This document shows, one piece after another, positions 19,799 to 33,645 of a stretch of 64,000 nucleotides of DNA. The notes under the pieces are model-generated. The model was not told the origin of the DNA and ran no database searches. It saw only the letters and a program-made list of their open reading frames with translations. Source of the stretch: an uncultured Holophagales bacterium. Lineage in GTDB: Bacteria; Acidobacteriota; Thermoanaerobaculia; Multivoradales; UBA5704. The DNA is taken from the NCBI GenBank assembly GCA_963842525.1, contig CAWJGT010000008.1, positions 1-64,000 on the forward strand, written 5' to 3'. The position numbers and the translations under genes were made by a program. Position 1 is the first letter of the stretch. Every line of letters begins with the position of its first letter.

Positions 19799-20688
19799 CG
19801 TTCCTCAAGGCTCTCCGCGCCTTCTTCCGCGAGGCCTCCGTCAATCTGGTGCGCGGCTGGAAGGTCAGCCTCCTGGCGGTGCTGACCATCGCGGTGAGCT
19901 TGCTCGTCGGGGGCGCCTTCCTCCTGGTGAGCCGCAACCTGCTGGCCTCGGTGGAGCGCTGGCGCGGGGAGATGCGGGTGGTGGTCTATCTGCAGCCGGG
20001 CGCCTCGGCGGCGGACCTCCAGCGGCTGGCGGCGGAGGCGCGGCGCATCCCCTGGGCCGCCGCGGTCGAGACCGTCTCGGCCGCGGCGGCGCGCCAACGC
20101 TTCCAGGGCGCCTTCCCCAGCCTGTCGGACCTGGTGGAGGGGATGGGAGACGAGCCGCTGCCCGCCTCGATCGAGATTGCCTTGCGTGATCCGTCGCGCC
20201 GGCCGGCCGACCTGCGGCAGTGGCTCGACGAATGGCGGCGCCGGCCCGAGGTGTCGATGGTGGACGACGACCGCGAGTGGCTGGGCCAGCTCGAGACCGT
20301 GGTCGCCGTGGTCCGCGCGGTGGGGCTGGCGCTCTCGGCCGGCCTGCTGGGAGCCGCCATCTTCACCATCGCGAGCGTCATCCGGCTGACCGCCTGGCTG
20401 CACCACGAAGAGACCTCCGTCCTGCGCCTGGTCGGGGCGACCGAGTTCTACATCCGCGGTCCGTTCTATGCCGAGGGACTGCTCCAGGGATTGCTCGGCG
20501 GCCTGGTGGCGGCCGGCGGCCTCTGGGCCGCCTGGCGACTGGTGCGTCTCCACGACTCCGGATCGCTGCTGGCGACGCTTCTTCTGGGGGATTTCCTGAG
20601 CGCCCCGCAGCTCGCCCTGCTCATCGCCCTGGGCGGGATGGCCGGCCTGGTGGGCGCGGTGGCGTCGCTGCGACGGGAGCCGCTGTGA
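19795..20688 (+). CDS. ftsX: Cell division permease FtsX
   Basis: Follows ftsE; four TM helices; PLPASIEI and LVGAT..YIRGPF. Confidence 0.92.
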   Translation: MTFLKALRAFFREASVNLVRGWKVSLLAVLTIAVSLLVGGAFLLVSRNLLASVERWRGEMRVVVYLQPGASAADLQRLAAEARRIPWAAAVETVSAAAARQRFQGAFPSLSDLVEGMGDEPLPASIEIALRDPSRRPADLRQWLDEWRRRPEVSMVDDDREWLGQLETVVAVVRAVGLALSAGLLGAAIFTIASVIRLTAWLHHEETSVLRLVGATEFYIRGPFYAEGLLQGLLGGLVAAGGLWAAWRLVRLHDSGSLLATLLLGDFLSAPQLALLIALGGMAGLVGAVASLRREPL

Positions 20689-20694
20689 GGGTCC

Positions 20695-20724
20695 AAAGAA
20701 AAGGCCCCGCCGGAGCGGGGCCTT
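20695..20724 (-). terminator. Intrinsic terminator of the OmpA-like gene, possibly bidirectional
   Basis: Stem aaggccccgc-cgga-gcggggcctt followed by a U-rich tract on the minus strand. Confidence 0.75.
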
Positions 20725-20745
20725 CCAAGCAGCCGCGGCTGCCGG

Positions 20746-22050
20746 TTACGGGATGGTGAGGATGACCACGGCCGCCCTTCTGTCGGTGACCTGACCCTCG
20801 GTCGTGATCCGGCCCGGGTCGATCCCGTGCCGCGTCACCAGGTAGTTCTTCACTGCCTCGGCGCGCATCTCCGCGGTCCTCTGGTTGCCCGCCTGCGTGC
20901 CGGTCGAGCTCTCGGCGTAGCCGATGACCTGCGCCGTCGAGTCGGGCTCCTGCTTCATCCGCAGCGCCACCTCGTCGAGCTTGGCCTTGCAGATGTTGTC
21001 CAGCCGGCTGCTGCCCGGCGTGAACTCGCACTCCACCTCCATCCGCTCGGGCGCCGGTGGCGGCGGTGGCGGCGGCGGCGGCGGAGGAGGAGGAGTGTCT
21101 GCCGGCGGTGGCGGTGGTGGTGGTGGTGGCGGTGGCGGAGGCGGCGGCGGAGGCTCCGGCTGGATCAGCCGCGGGAACAGGGTGAGCCCGATCAGGCCAC
21201 CGAGCGGGCAGTGCTCGTCGAGGTCGCTGATCTGTTGGAGATCGGTGCGCAGGGCGAAGTTGAACGCCCACTTCTGGTCCGCACCGAGCCACAGCCGGCC
21301 ACCGGTGGTGAGGTCGATTGCATCCTCGAACTCGCCGACATCTCCGTCTGCGTTGTAGAAAGTCCCCACCACCTCGGTAATCCAGTCGAAGCGGTCGGAG
21401 ATACTGGCGGCGTAGCCGAGGCCGGCATGGAGCTCTTCACCCCGGTCGATGCCACCCTCGAAGTCCCCCGGATCCCGATAGCCGACGTCGAAGACCCAGT
21501 TCGCACGGCTCCAGCCGAGGCCGACGCCGAAGCCTGGGTCCTCCGAAGCCACGTCCTCGTCGCCGGTCGGCACCTCGACGAAGGCATTCAGAGCCAAGCG
21601 CGACGAGTCGGTGAACGGCTCGCCGAGCAGGCGGAATTTCGTGCCGATGCGGACGTTGCCCAGACCGCTGGCGTCGACGCCGTCATCGTCTCCGGGCTCG
21701 AAGAAGAGGTCGTCGTCATCGAACTCGAAGTCCTCGTACGGCACCATCACGCTGAATTCCCAACGGTCGGTGATGCCGTAGCCGATGCTGGCGCTCAGAC
21801 GGTTCCAGTCGAGGCTTACTCCATCGCTCCCCTCGCGCAGGAAATCGTCGTCGATGTCGATCAGTCGGTCCCAGTTGTTGTAATAAATTCCAAACGACCA
21901 TCCCCCCTTTGGCAGTGTGTCGCCACTCAGGAGCGTGAACAGCCCCGTTTCCCCCGTCGCCGTTGGCGCATTCGCCTCCTCCCCGGCGGACGCCAGCGCG
22001 GGCACGAGGCACAACAGTGCCACCCCGAACAGGTGTTTGAGTTTCCTCAT
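20746..22050 (-). CDS. OmpA-family outer membrane protein (beta-barrel, poly-Pro linker, OmpA-like C domain)
   Basis: Signal peptide, amphipathic strands, long poly-Pro tract, then AQVIGYA and RAEAVKNYLV. Confidence 0.85.
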   Translation of the reverse strand: MRKLKHLFGVALLCLVPALASAGEEANAPTATGETGLFTLLSGDTLPKGGWSFGIYYNNWDRLIDIDDDFLREGSDGVSLDWNRLSASIGYGITDRWEFSVMVPYEDFEFDDDDLFFEPGDDDGVDASGLGNVRIGTKFRLLGEPFTDSSRLALNAFVEVPTGDEDVASEDPGFGVGLGWSRANWVFDVGYRDPGDFEGGIDRGEELHAGLGYAASISDRFDWITEVVGTFYNADGDVGEFEDAIDLTTGGRLWLGADQKWAFNFALRTDLQQISDLDEHCPLGGLIGLTLFPRLIQPEPPPPPPPPPPPPPPPPPADTPPPPPPPPPPPPPAPERMEVECEFTPGSSRLDNICKAKLDEVALRMKQEPDSTAQVIGYAESSTGTQAGNQRTAEMRAEAVKNYLVTRHGIDPGRITTEGQVTDRRAAVVILTIP

Positions 22051-22196
22051 TCGTCCTCCTCTCCTCCGGCCTGTAGCCCTGAACTGCAGAGGCCTCGTGC
22101 AGCCTCTGCGTGTCTAAGCGTGAAACTACGACTGCCTGTGCTGCAACGACACTCTACGAGGCGCGCCGCTGGTGAGATCGTGGGGCTGGGAAAAAT

Positions 22197-23528
22197 CTAG
22201 CGGTACGATTTCACCGAGACACGCGCCTCTACCCCACCATCCCCTTTCAAAGCCTGTGCCACAATCCCGGAGAAGAAGAACCGATATTTCTTGAACCGGA
22301 AGGACGACTCGAAGCCGATGCCGGCATCGGGGATGTAGGAGTCGAAATCAGTGTAGATCGCACGGTCGAAGCCGACATTGCCGGCCCCCGCATACAAGAT
22401 CCAGTACCAATTCTGCCATTCCAGGCGCAGAAAGTCATGCTGCGCGTCGAGGAACCAGGGAAAGAAGTACTCCCAGGTCGTGTGCACCTCGTCCGTGCCG
22501 CCCATCCTGTCGCTCACTCCCTTGAGGTTGTCGCGTCCGTCGAGGCGGAAGAACTCGGAGCGCGGAACCGCGTAGGCGTCGAGCTCGTCGGCCTCCGGCG
22601 GCAGGTCGGCCGGATCGCGCAGGCTCTTGCGCAGGAAGCTGCCGGCGTGCAGCCGCCCCACCAGGAAGGTGCGCCGGCTCACGTCGAACCGCTTCAGGGT
22701 CTCCGCCTCGGCCTTGGCGTAGTCGAAGTCGCCGATGCCGAGCTCGAAGCCGTAGGTCAGCGCGCCGGTGAAGCCGGCGCCCCCGGGTCCGATCTCGCGG
22801 AAGGCGGTGAACAGGCGCTCGATCCGCGCCCGCGACTCGCCCACGATGGCGTTCGAGCGCGAGTCTTCGGGCGTGCCGATCTGGTAGCCGAAGCGGACGA
22901 AGGTGTTGGTCTCGCCCAGGCGGAGCACCTCGGCGAAGCTCTCCTTGTTGGTGCTGACCCGGTCGAGCTCGGTCAGCAGGAAGGTGCGCCGGTGGTAGCT
23001 GTGCGGCCACTGCATCAGCAGCAGGGTGCCGCGCACACGGTCGAAGTCGCTCGAGAAGTCCTGGATCTCCTGGAACTCGATGGAGTCGAAGACCGTGAGC
23101 TGTGTGGTCCGCCGGTAGCCGTAGTAGCGGTAGCGCAGAAAGGCCGAGATGTCGCCATTGACGAAGTTGTATTTGACCTGCCCTTCGAAGAAGGTCTCGT
23201 TGATGAGCCGGTTGACCCGCAGGTCGAGATCTCCTTCGGGAAAGTAGATGTCCAGGCGGGGAAGGAGGCCGTCGTCGGTTTTTCGCGGCCGCGCCTGGCC
23301 TTCCTCCTGAGCCGACGCCTGTCCCGGAGGCACCGGGGCGTCCTGCGGTGCAGGAGCCTCCTGAGCGACTGGCTCCTGGGGCTCCTGGGACGGGGGCTCC
23401 TCCTGCGCAGGCTCCTCCGGGGTCTGCTGGGGAGGCGCCTGGACCGGCTCCTGCGCCCGGGCGGCCGGCGCGGCGAGGGTAAGAGCGAGGAAGGCCACAG
23501 GCAGCAGGGCGGAACTACGGCGCAGCAT
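22197..23528 (-). CDS. Putative outer-membrane beta-barrel protein
   Basis: Signal peptide, Gln/Pro/Glu-rich linker, alternating aromatic beta strands. Confidence 0.6.
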   Translation of the reverse strand: MLRRSSALLPVAFLALTLAAPAARAQEPVQAPPQQTPEEPAQEEPPSQEPQEPVAQEAPAPQDAPVPPGQASAQEEGQARPRKTDDGLLPRLDIYFPEGDLDLRVNRLINETFFEGQVKYNFVNGDISAFLRYRYYGYRRTTQLTVFDSIEFQEIQDFSSDFDRVRGTLLLMQWPHSYHRRTFLLTELDRVSTNKESFAEVLRLGETNTFVRFGYQIGTPEDSRSNAIVGESRARIERLFTAFREIGPGGAGFTGALTYGFELGIGDFDYAKAEAETLKRFDVSRRTFLVGRLHAGSFLRKSLRDPADLPPEADELDAYAVPRSEFFRLDGRDNLKGVSDRMGGTDEVHTTWEYFFPWFLDAQHDFLRLEWQNWYWILYAGAGNVGFDRAIYTDFDSYIPDAGIGFESSFRFKKYRFFFSGIVAQALKGDGGVEARVSVKSYR

Positions 23529-23683
23529 GGGCGGATTGTAGCCCACCGGCCCGCGCTTGCGAGACCGGAGGCCCGCCCGAGAGCCCTGCTTCCGGACCGG
23601 CCGCTCCAGCGTCCTGCCGCGCGAGCCGCGTCCGCTCTCGGCAGGTCGAGCCGCCCGGACCTGGCATCACACCTCCGCGGACC

Positions 23684-23935
23684 GCGGTCCCTCTCGTTTG
23701 TTTCGCGGTCCCTGTGACCGGAGCCGCCAAGCTCGTTGCTGTCTTGCGGTCCCTTTGACAGGGACCGTGAGTCCAGCCGCGCGGGCCGTGAGTCCGGTCA
23801 CACGGAGCGTGCCTCCAGTCACACGGACCCCGGTCCCTGTGACGGGGACCGCGGGTCGGCAACGTAGTTTCGCGGTCCGCATCATGGGGACCACGAGGCC
23901 GGAGACGCGGACCGCGGTCCCGGTCGCGCGTCTGC
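23684..23935. repeat. Degenerate tandem array of about 12 palindromic 21-bp units
   Basis: Consensus GCGGTCCCTGTGACAGGGACC, e.g. gcggtccctttgacagggacc and ccggtccctgtgacggggacc. Confidence 0.75.
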
Positions 23936-23964
23936 CGGCCCGATCGCGCAGCGGAACCGGCCCC

Positions 23965-24789
23965 CTACCGCTTCAGCAGCTGCGCGACCCGGTCGAGGAA
24001 AGACTTGCTCTGGTTGGGGCCGAGGGCGGCGGAGACGACCTTCTCTTCGGAGCGGATGAGGTCGAGGATCGCCTCGACGCCGCGGCCGCCTTCCATCTCC
24101 GCCTTGCTGAGGCGGTAGGGGACGTCGAGCTCGGCCTGCCGGGTGTGCCCGGTGAGCAGGGTGCGCGCCTGCTGGTGGATGGACTCGGCCAGCTTCTGCA
24201 GCTCGCCGGCGCTCATCTTGTGCAGGCGGTCGGTCCCCAGCCTCCCCAGGTCTTCGTTCAGGGCGACCAGGCCCGAGGTGATCAGGCCATAGAGGAGCTT
24301 GCAGACCTCGAAGGCGCTCATGTTGAGCCCGATAGCGACCTCTTCGATCGAGCGCCGCTCGTCGATCTTGCAGATCAGGCCCCACTCCTGCGGGGTGAGC
24401 GACACCGACGTGGTCGCGGCCTGGCTGGTGAACACGGGGACCAGGCGGGTCGAGGGGATGCGCTTGGAGAGGATCTGCCACTCGTCGATGCGGCGGGCCG
24501 CCTCCATCAGGAGGTTGGTGTTGGACTTCTGGATCGTGGTGAGCTGCGTCTCCTGGCCGGGGGTGAAGACGAAGTCGCCCTCGGGCCAGACCGCCAGCTC
24601 GTAGACCGCCTCTTCGCCCTGGAGGTCGCCGACGTGGGCGTGGACGATCTGGCCGGCGCGCAGCCAGATCTCGCCCGTGGTGGCGTCTCCATTCCTTTTC
24701 AGGTTGAAGACGCCCGTCTTGCCCGAGACGGAGACGAGCTGGATGATGTCGGGGAGCGGTAGTTCTTTCAGTGAGCCTTGAAAGGCCAT
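23965..24789 (-). CDS. DUF4388 (PatA-N-like) domain protein
   Basis: MAFQGSLKELPLPDIIQL..KTG..GQIVHA..EGDFVF..LLMEAARRIDEW. Confidence 0.85.
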   Translation of the reverse strand: MAFQGSLKELPLPDIIQLVSVSGKTGVFNLKRNGDATTGEIWLRAGQIVHAHVGDLQGEEAVYELAVWPEGDFVFTPGQETQLTTIQKSNTNLLMEAARRIDEWQILSKRIPSTRLVPVFTSQAATTSVSLTPQEWGLICKIDERRSIEEVAIGLNMSAFEVCKLLYGLITSGLVALNEDLGRLGTDRLHKMSAGELQKLAESIHQQARTLLTGHTRQAELDVPYRLSKAEMEGGRGVEAILDLIRSEEKVVSAALGPNQSKSFLDRVAQLLKR

Positions 24790-24830
24790 TTCATTGTACC
24801 GGACGCCGGTTTACGTCGAAAAAAAAGATG

Positions 24831-25334
24831 CTAGCACAGCCGCCCTCCGTCCCGCAGCCGGTCGAGCCGCAGCCTCTGGGCGCAGCAGATGGCCAGGGCC
24901 AGGGCGTCGGTGGCGTCGCTGGCCCAGCCGGCGCCTTCGGTGGCCAGCAGCAGCCGGACCATGCGGGCGACCTGGGCCTTGTCGGCGCGCCCATTGCCGG
25001 TGACCGCCGACTTGACCTCGGCCGGGCTGTACTCCCGGGTCTCGATGCCGCGCAGGCCGAGCACCGCGAGCAGGGCGCCGCGGGCCTGGGCGAGGACGAT
25101 GAGGGTGCGGGCGTTCATGCCGTGGAACGGCGACTCGACGACGGCCAGGTCCGGCGGCCGGCGGTCGACCAGCTCCTGCAGGAGGCCGGCGAGGCGGGCC
25201 AGGCGCGTGGCCAGGGGAGCGTCGCGCGGGCAGGAGATGCGCCCGGCGTCCACGAGCTCGAGCGTGGAGCCGCGCCTCTCCACCAGGCCGTAGCCGGTGT
25301 GCAGGCTGCCCGGATCGAGCCCCAGGATCAGCAA
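24831..25334 (-). CDS. ruvC: Holliday junction resolvase RuvC
   Basis: ILGLDPG, VVE, VKSAVTGNGRADKAQV and DATDALALA. Confidence 0.96.
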   Translation of the reverse strand: MLILGLDPGSLHTGYGLVERRGSTLELVDAGRISCPRDAPLATRLARLAGLLQELVDRRPPDLAVVESPFHGMNARTLIVLAQARGALLAVLGLRGIETREYSPAEVKSAVTGNGRADKAQVARMVRLLLATEGAGWASDATDALALAICCAQRLRLDRLRDGGRLC

Positions 25335-25365
25335 CGGTCGGTCTATCCGTCTTCCGGTGCCGCGG

Positions 25366-26115
25366 CTACGACTGCTCCGCGAGCACCTTTTCGTCGATGT
25401 TCAGGTTGGCCCAGACATGCTGGACGTCGTCGTGGTCTTCGAGCGCCTCGACCAGCCGGAGCACCTGTCCGACGCGGTCGGCCGGGACGTCGACGGAGCT
25501 CTGCGGGACCATCGCCAGCTCCTTGGCGGCCAGCGGCACGCCGCGGCTCTCGAGCTCCTCCTGGATGCGGGCGAAGTCCTCCATCGAGGTGTAGATCTCG
25601 TAATGGTCCTCCTCGGTGGCGATGTCGTCGGCGCCGAGCTCCAGGGCCAGGTTCACGAGCTTCTCTTCGTCCATGGCGCTGCGGTCGACGGCGAAGAAGC
25701 CGCGCCGGTGGAACATCCAGGCCACGCAGCCGCTCTCTCCCAGGCTGCCGCCGTGCTTGGTGAAGAGGTGCCGGACCTCCGAGGCGGTGCGGTTGCGGTT
25801 GTCCGTCATGCCCTCGACGAGCACGGCCACGCCGCCGGGTCCGTAGCCTTCGTAGGAGACCTCTTCATACTGGGCCTCGCCCGCCAGCTCGCCGGTGCCC
25901 TTCTTGATCGCCCGGTCGATGTTGTCGCCGGGGACGCTGTTCGTCCGCGCTTCGAGGATGGCGCTGCGCAGGCGGGGGTTCGATTTGGAATCGCCGCCTC
26001 CCAGGCGGGCCGACACGGTGATCTCGCGCAGCAGCTTGGTGAACAGCTTGCCGCGCCGCGCGTCGGTCGCGGCCTTCTTGTGTTTGATCGTGGCCCACTT
26101 GCTGTGCCCTGACAT
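25366..26115 (-). CDS. yebC: YebC/PmpR family protein
   Basis: MSGHSKWATIKHKK, YEGYGPGG and TDNRNRT. Confidence 0.95.
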   Translation of the reverse strand: MSGHSKWATIKHKKAATDARRGKLFTKLLREITVSARLGGGDSKSNPRLRSAILEARTNSVPGDNIDRAIKKGTGELAGEAQYEEVSYEGYGPGGVAVLVEGMTDNRNRTASEVRHLFTKHGGSLGESGCVAWMFHRRGFFAVDRSAMDEEKLVNLALELGADDIATEEDHYEIYTSMEDFARIQEELESRGVPLAAKELAMVPQSSVDVPADRVGQVLRLVEALEDHDDVQHVWANLNIDEKVLAEQS

Positions 26116-26192
26116 GGCGCCATTGTACAAAACGCCCGGGCCCACGCCTAGCGGCCCGGGCCATAAATCTCTCATAAATCAGCACCTTTGGA

Positions 26193-26221
26193 TTGACTGG
26201 CGCGGGTCGGAGTGCTAGAAA
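26193..26221 (+). promoter_or_regulatory. Sigma70-type promoter of the kinase gene
   Basis: TTGACT, 17 bp, TAGAAA with an extended TG. Confidence 0.5.
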
Positions 26222-26248
26222 GACTTGTTACATCTGTGGAGAGCCCCA

Positions 26249-29584
<3,336 letters not shown>

Positions 29585-29609
29585 TGTCAGATCCCGTCTC
29601 GGAGGAGTG

Positions 29610-29846
29610 ATGAGCCTCACTGATCAACAGAGGAAGTTCTACGAGAACACCCTTGCCGTCACCCGTCAGGAGATGGAGGAGCTCGATCGCATGATCGAGG
29701 AGGAGCTGGCGAAGGTGAAGGACCGCCTGGCCGAGCTGCAGAACGCCAAGAAGGCCTCGCGCCAGATGTACGACGCGGCCTGCCTGCGCCTCGGGATCCC
29801 CAACGACCTGGAGGCCGAGGAGGGGCGCGACGGCGCGGAGGTCTGA
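29610..29846 (+). CDS. Small coiled-coil hypothetical protein
   Basis: RBS GGAGGAG; heptad-like sequence. Confidence 0.7.
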   Translation: MSLTDQQRKFYENTLAVTRQEMEELDRMIEEELAKVKDRLAELQNAKKASRQMYDAACLRLGIPNDLEAEEGRDGAEV

Positions 29847-29945
29847 GCTCCAGGGGGGCCCGCCCGCGTGCGGGCTCCTCTCCTCAGGGTCTCTCCGTTC
29901 CGTACGGCCGGCGCGTCGCGCCGTCTCGACGCCGCTTTCATCCCC

Positions 29946-30797
29946 ATGGCCTGGTTCCGCAAGACCAAGAAGCCCAAGCCGGTCCGCCAGGACCGCCCGC
30001 GCAGCAGCGTCCCCGAAGGCCTGTGGGTCAAGTGCGAAGGCTGCAAGGAGGTCATCTACGCGCGCGACCTCGACCGCAACCTGCGGGTCTGCCCCAAGTG
30101 TGAATACCACCTGCGCATCGATGCCCGCACGCGGATCTCGCTGCTGCTCGACGAGCCGGAGCCGCGCGAGCTCTTCGCCGGCATCCGGCCGACCGATCCG
30201 CTGAGCTTCCGCGACACCAAGCGCTACCGCGACCGCCTCAAGATCTACCAGGACGCGGTGGACGAGCGCGATGCGGTGGTCGTGGTCCAGGGGCATCTGG
30301 ACAAGGTCCCGGTGGTCCTCGCCGCCATGGAGTATCGCTTCATGGGCGGCTCCATGGGCTCGGTCGTCGGAGAGAAGATCGCCCGCGCAGCGGAGCGAGC
30401 CTTGGAGCGCCGCCTGCCGCTGGTCGTGGTCTCCGCCTCGGGGGGAGCCCGCATGCAGGAGGGCGTGCTGTCGCTCATGCAGATGGCGAAGATCTCGGCC
30501 GCCCTGGCCCGCGTGCGCAAGGCGCGCCTGCCCTACATCTCGGTGCTCACCGATCCGACCACCGGGGGCGTCACCGCCTCGTTCGCCATGCTGGGCGACC
30601 TCAACATCGCCGAGCCCGGGGCTCTGATCGGCTTCGCGGGCCCGCGCGTCATCGAGCAGACCATCCGGCAGAGCCTTCCCGAGGGATTCCAACGCAGCGA
30701 GTTCCTCCTCGAGCACGGTTTCCTCGACCTGGTGGTGAAGCGGTCCGAGATGAAGGAGACGCTCGCCCGCTGCCTCCGCCACCTCTACAAGCCCTGA
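29946..30797 (+). CDS. accD: Acetyl-CoA carboxylase carboxyltransferase beta subunit
   Basis: [12 protein letters not shown] zinc finger, [12 protein letters not shown] and GGARMQEG. Confidence 0.97.
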   Translation: MAWFRKTKKPKPVRQDRPRSSVPEGLWVKCEGCKEVIYARDLDRNLRVCPKCEYHLRIDARTRISLLLDEPEPRELFAGIRPTDPLSFRDTKRYRDRLKIYQDAVDERDAVVVVQGHLDKVPVVLAAMEYRFMGGSMGSVVGEKIARAAERALERRLPLVVVSASGGARMQEGVLSLMQMAKISAALARVRKARLPYISVLTDPTTGGVTASFAMLGDLNIAEPGALIGFAGPRVIEQTIRQSLPEGFQRSEFLLEHGFLDLVVKRSEMKETLARCLRHLYKP

Positions 30798-32119
30798 GCG
30801 ACCCACAGCCCATCCTCGCGCGGCTCGAAACGCTGGGCATCCGGCTCGGCCTGGAGAGCGCCCGCGACCTGCTGGCACGGCTCGGGGACCCGCAGCTCCG
30901 CGTCCCCGCCGTGCTCGTCGCGGGCAGCAACGGCAAGGGCTCGACCTCGGCGTTGCTCGCCGCCATGGCCACCGCCGCCGGCTACCGCACCGGCCTCTAC
31001 ACCTCGCCGCACCTGGAGTCGGTCGAGGAGCGCCTGCGCCTCGACGGCCGCCCGATCGAGACTGGCCGCCTCGGAGAGCTACTTGCCGGGATCGTTGACA
31101 TCGCCGAGCCGCTGCCCACCTACTTCGAGGCTTTGACGGTCGCCGCCTTCCTCTGGTTTGCCGAGGAGGCGGTCGACCTCGCCGTGATCGAGGTGGGGAT
31201 GGGCGGCCGGCTCGACGCGACCAACCTCGCCGAGCCGGTCCTGTCTCTCATCACCTCCATCAGCCTGGAGCATCGCGAGTTCCTGGGCGACACGCTGGCC
31301 GCCATCGCACGGGAGAAGGCCGGCATCCTCCGTCCGGGCAGGCCCGCGCTGGCCTGGGTCGAGGCGGCCGAGGCCATGGAGGCGCTGCGCCAGGCTGCGG
31401 ACGAGCTCGGGACGGACCTGCGCTCCGCTCCGGGGCTGGTGCGCCTCGAAGGGAGCGAGAGCGACGGCTGGACCGGGCAGCGAGTCCGGCTCGCCACGCC
31501 GGCCGGACGCTACGACCTGCGCACCGCGCTGCTCGGCGCACACCAGCAGCGCAATCTCGGCCTGGCAGTGCTGGCGGCCGAGACGCTGGCGGGCTCGGGA
31601 TTTCCGCGGCTCGGCCCGGGAGCCATCGCGGCCGGGGCCGCCGCCTGCCGCTGGCCGGGCCGGCTGGAGCCTATCGATCTTCCTGGTGGGCGGCCCAGTG
31701 GCCGGCGGGTCCTGCTCGACGCCGCCCACAACGCCGAGGGTGCCGGGGTGCTGGCCGCCTTCCTGGACGGTCTACGCGGTCCGGTCGACCTCCTCTTCGG
31801 GGTGCTGAGCGATAAGAATGCCGGCGCCATGCTCGACCTGCTCGCTCCGCGAGCCCGCCATCTCGTGCTGACCGCTCCTCCGAGCCCCCGCGCCGTCGCG
31901 CCCGCCGCCCTGGCCGAGCGGCTCGGACCGCGGGAGGGGGTCGTCGTCGAGCCGGACCCGGGCAGGGCGCTCGACCGGCTGCTGGAGCTGCCAGGCCCAC
32001 TGGATGCCGGCGGCACCGCCGTGGTCTGCGGCTCGATCTACCTGATCGGCGAGGTCCGGAGGGCGCTGCGCGAGCGGTTCGGAGTGCCCGCGCCACCTTT
32101 CGCTCGTTTCGATCAGTAG
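30794..32119 (+). CDS. folC: Folylpolyglutamate synthase/dihydrofolate synthase
   Basis: [34 protein letters not shown] and LDAAHN; homology extends to a CTG overlapping the accD stop. Confidence 0.93.
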   Translation: MSDPQPILARLETLGIRLGLESARDLLARLGDPQLRVPAVLVAGSNGKGSTSALLAAMATAAGYRTGLYTSPHLESVEERLRLDGRPIETGRLGELLAGIVDIAEPLPTYFEALTVAAFLWFAEEAVDLAVIEVGMGGRLDATNLAEPVLSLITSISLEHREFLGDTLAAIAREKAGILRPGRPALAWVEAAEAMEALRQAADELGTDLRSAPGLVRLEGSESDGWTGQRVRLATPAGRYDLRTALLGAHQQRNLGLAVLAAETLAGSGFPRLGPGAIAAGAAACRWPGRLEPIDLPGGRPSGRRVLLDAAHNAEGAGVLAAFLDGLRGPVDLLFGVLSDKNAGAMLDLLAPRARHLVLTAPPSPRAVAPAALAERLGPREGVVVEPDPGRALDRLLELPGPLDAGGTAVVCGSIYLIGEVRRALRERFGVPAPPFARFDQ

Positions 32120-32823
32120 CTCTCGCCCGGTTTCAGGGCGATCACCTCGCAGCTCACTCCCTGGTCCTCGAGCGCCTTGACCAGCTTTTCCGGCGTGCCG
32201 GTGAGGGCGGGGAACGTGCCCCAGTGGATCGGGATGACGCGCCGGACGCCGAGATAGCGGCAGGCGCGGGCGGCCTGGCGCGGATCCATGGTGAAGAGGT
32301 CGCCGATAGGCAGGAAGGCCAGCTCGGGCCGGTACATCTCGCAGAAGAGCTGCATGTCGGTGAACAGGGCGGTGTCCCCGGCATGGTAGAAGGTAAAGCC
32401 GCCCGGCAGCCGCACGATGAAGCCGCTCGCCGAGCCGCCGTAGAGGATCTGGTCGCCGTCGCTGATGCCGCAGGAGTGGTCGGCGCGGACCATGGTGACC
32501 TGCAGCCCCAGGACGTCCTGGCTGCCGCCTAGGTTCATGGCGGAACAGTTTTCCACCCCCTTCGAGCCCAGCCAGGTGCAGGTCTCGAAGTTGGCGACCA
32601 CCGTTTTCGGCCGGTGCTTCTTCGCCAGCTCCACGGCGTCGCCGACGTGGTCGAAATGGGCATGGGTGATCAGCATCGCGTCGAGCCGGTCGAGCTTTTT
32701 CTGCTCGTCCGGGCAGGCAGGGTTTCCCTGAACCCAGGGGTCGATGAGCAGGACCTCCCCGCCGGGAAGGTCGCAACGGACGGTGGCGTGACCCAGGTAG
32801 GTGAACTTCGGACGCGGGTGCAT
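32113..32823 (-). CDS. Metal-dependent hydrolase (UPF0173, metallo-beta-lactamase fold)
   Basis: YLGHA, THAHFDH, YHAGDT, PIGD and PIHWGTF. Confidence 0.9.
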   Translation of the reverse strand: MHPRPKFTYLGHATVRCDLPGGEVLLIDPWVQGNPACPDEQKKLDRLDAMLITHAHFDHVGDAVELAKKHRPKTVVANFETCTWLGSKGVENCSAMNLGGSQDVLGLQVTMVRADHSCGISDGDQILYGGSASGFIVRLPGGFTFYHAGDTALFTDMQLFCEMYRPELAFLPIGDLFTMDPRQAARACRYLGVRRVIPIHWGTFPALTGTPEKLVKALEDQGVSCEVIALKPGESY

Positions 32824-32859
32824 GGCTCCCTCCTCTCGTTCAGGCTGGGGATTGTAGCC

Positions 32860-32893
32860 AAAAAGAAAAGCGGCCGGGGGTCCGGCCGCTTTC
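32860..32893 (-). terminator. Intrinsic terminator after the ArsR gene
   Basis: Stem gcggccgg / ccggccgc followed by ttttcttttt on the minus strand. Confidence 0.8.
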
Positions 32894-32920
32894 GGGGGTG
32901 TAAGGACCGAGCCGGGAGGC

Positions 32921-33268
32921 TCAGACCTGGAACTGCTTGAAGAAGTTGTCGCGCAGCTTGGCGTTGAACACGTGCTCGGTCAGACGGTAGTAGATCGTCT
33001 GGGCGTCCCGGCGCGGAGCCACCAGCCCGTAGGCCTTCAGCTTCGCCAGGTGCTGGGACACGGCCGAGACCGAGACCCCCAGCATCTCCGCCAAGTCACA
33101 CACGCACAGCTCTTTCATGTTCTCGAGCAGGTAGAGGAGCTTGAGCCGGGTGGCGTTCCCGGCGAGGTTCATCAGCTCCGCAGCCTCCTCGATGTCCGGC
33201 GTCCCCTCAAGGTTCTGCCGGATCTGGGCCATTTCCTTCGACGACATGGACGGCGCCTCGCCTTTCAT
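32921..33268 (-). CDS. ArsR/SmtB family regulator
   Basis: TRLKLL, ELCVCDLA, SAVSQHLAKL and IYYRL; RBS GGAGGT. Confidence 0.92.
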   Translation of the reverse strand: MKGEAPSMSSKEMAQIRQNLEGTPDIEEAAELMNLAGNATRLKLLYLLENMKELCVCDLAEMLGVSVSAVSQHLAKLKAYGLVAPRRDAQTIYYRLTEHVFNAKLRDNFFKQFQV

Positions 33269-33287
33269 CGCTTACCTCCAGGTAAAA

Positions 33288-33315
33288 TTGGTTAAGGCAA
33301 ACCTGTCTCAACCAA
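33288..33315. promoter_or_regulatory. Imperfect 12-4-12 inverted repeat, candidate ArsR operator
   Basis: ttggttaaggca-aacc-tgtctcaaccaa (10 of 12 positions match). Confidence 0.45.
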
Positions 33316-33645
33316 CCCGTCGCGGGACCTCCGCGCCGGGGAAAGTAACAGTCTCTTTGGTAACTACGTGTCCTCTTCACTCCTAACCGGGACACCCGGT
33401 ACGACATTTTTCTCGCGGACTCTGGTTGAACACTCTCGATTATACTCATAGGGCGACGAGGAAATCTAGCGTTTTTTGGCCGACTTTGTCCCGTTTCGCC
33501 CTCCAGCCGCACCTTGCAACTTCTGAACAGGGTCCTCGCCCATTTAATTCCTCTCTTGAAGAGGAGTCCTCTGCATACCTCCGAGCCCTGTTTCGGCGCC
33601 CATCTGGCGGGGCAGGTATAATCCCGGGTGGAAAGGAGGTGGGGT

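Noticed and set aside
21054-21155. GGC/GGT triplet tract as a contingency locus
   Set aside because: It encodes the poly-Pro linker of the OmpA-like protein with mixed codons, and length changes would stay in frame.
23684-23935. 21-bp arrays (here and 45056-45305) as CRISPR arrays
   Set aside because: Units are adjacent and degenerate, with no repeat-spacer alternation.
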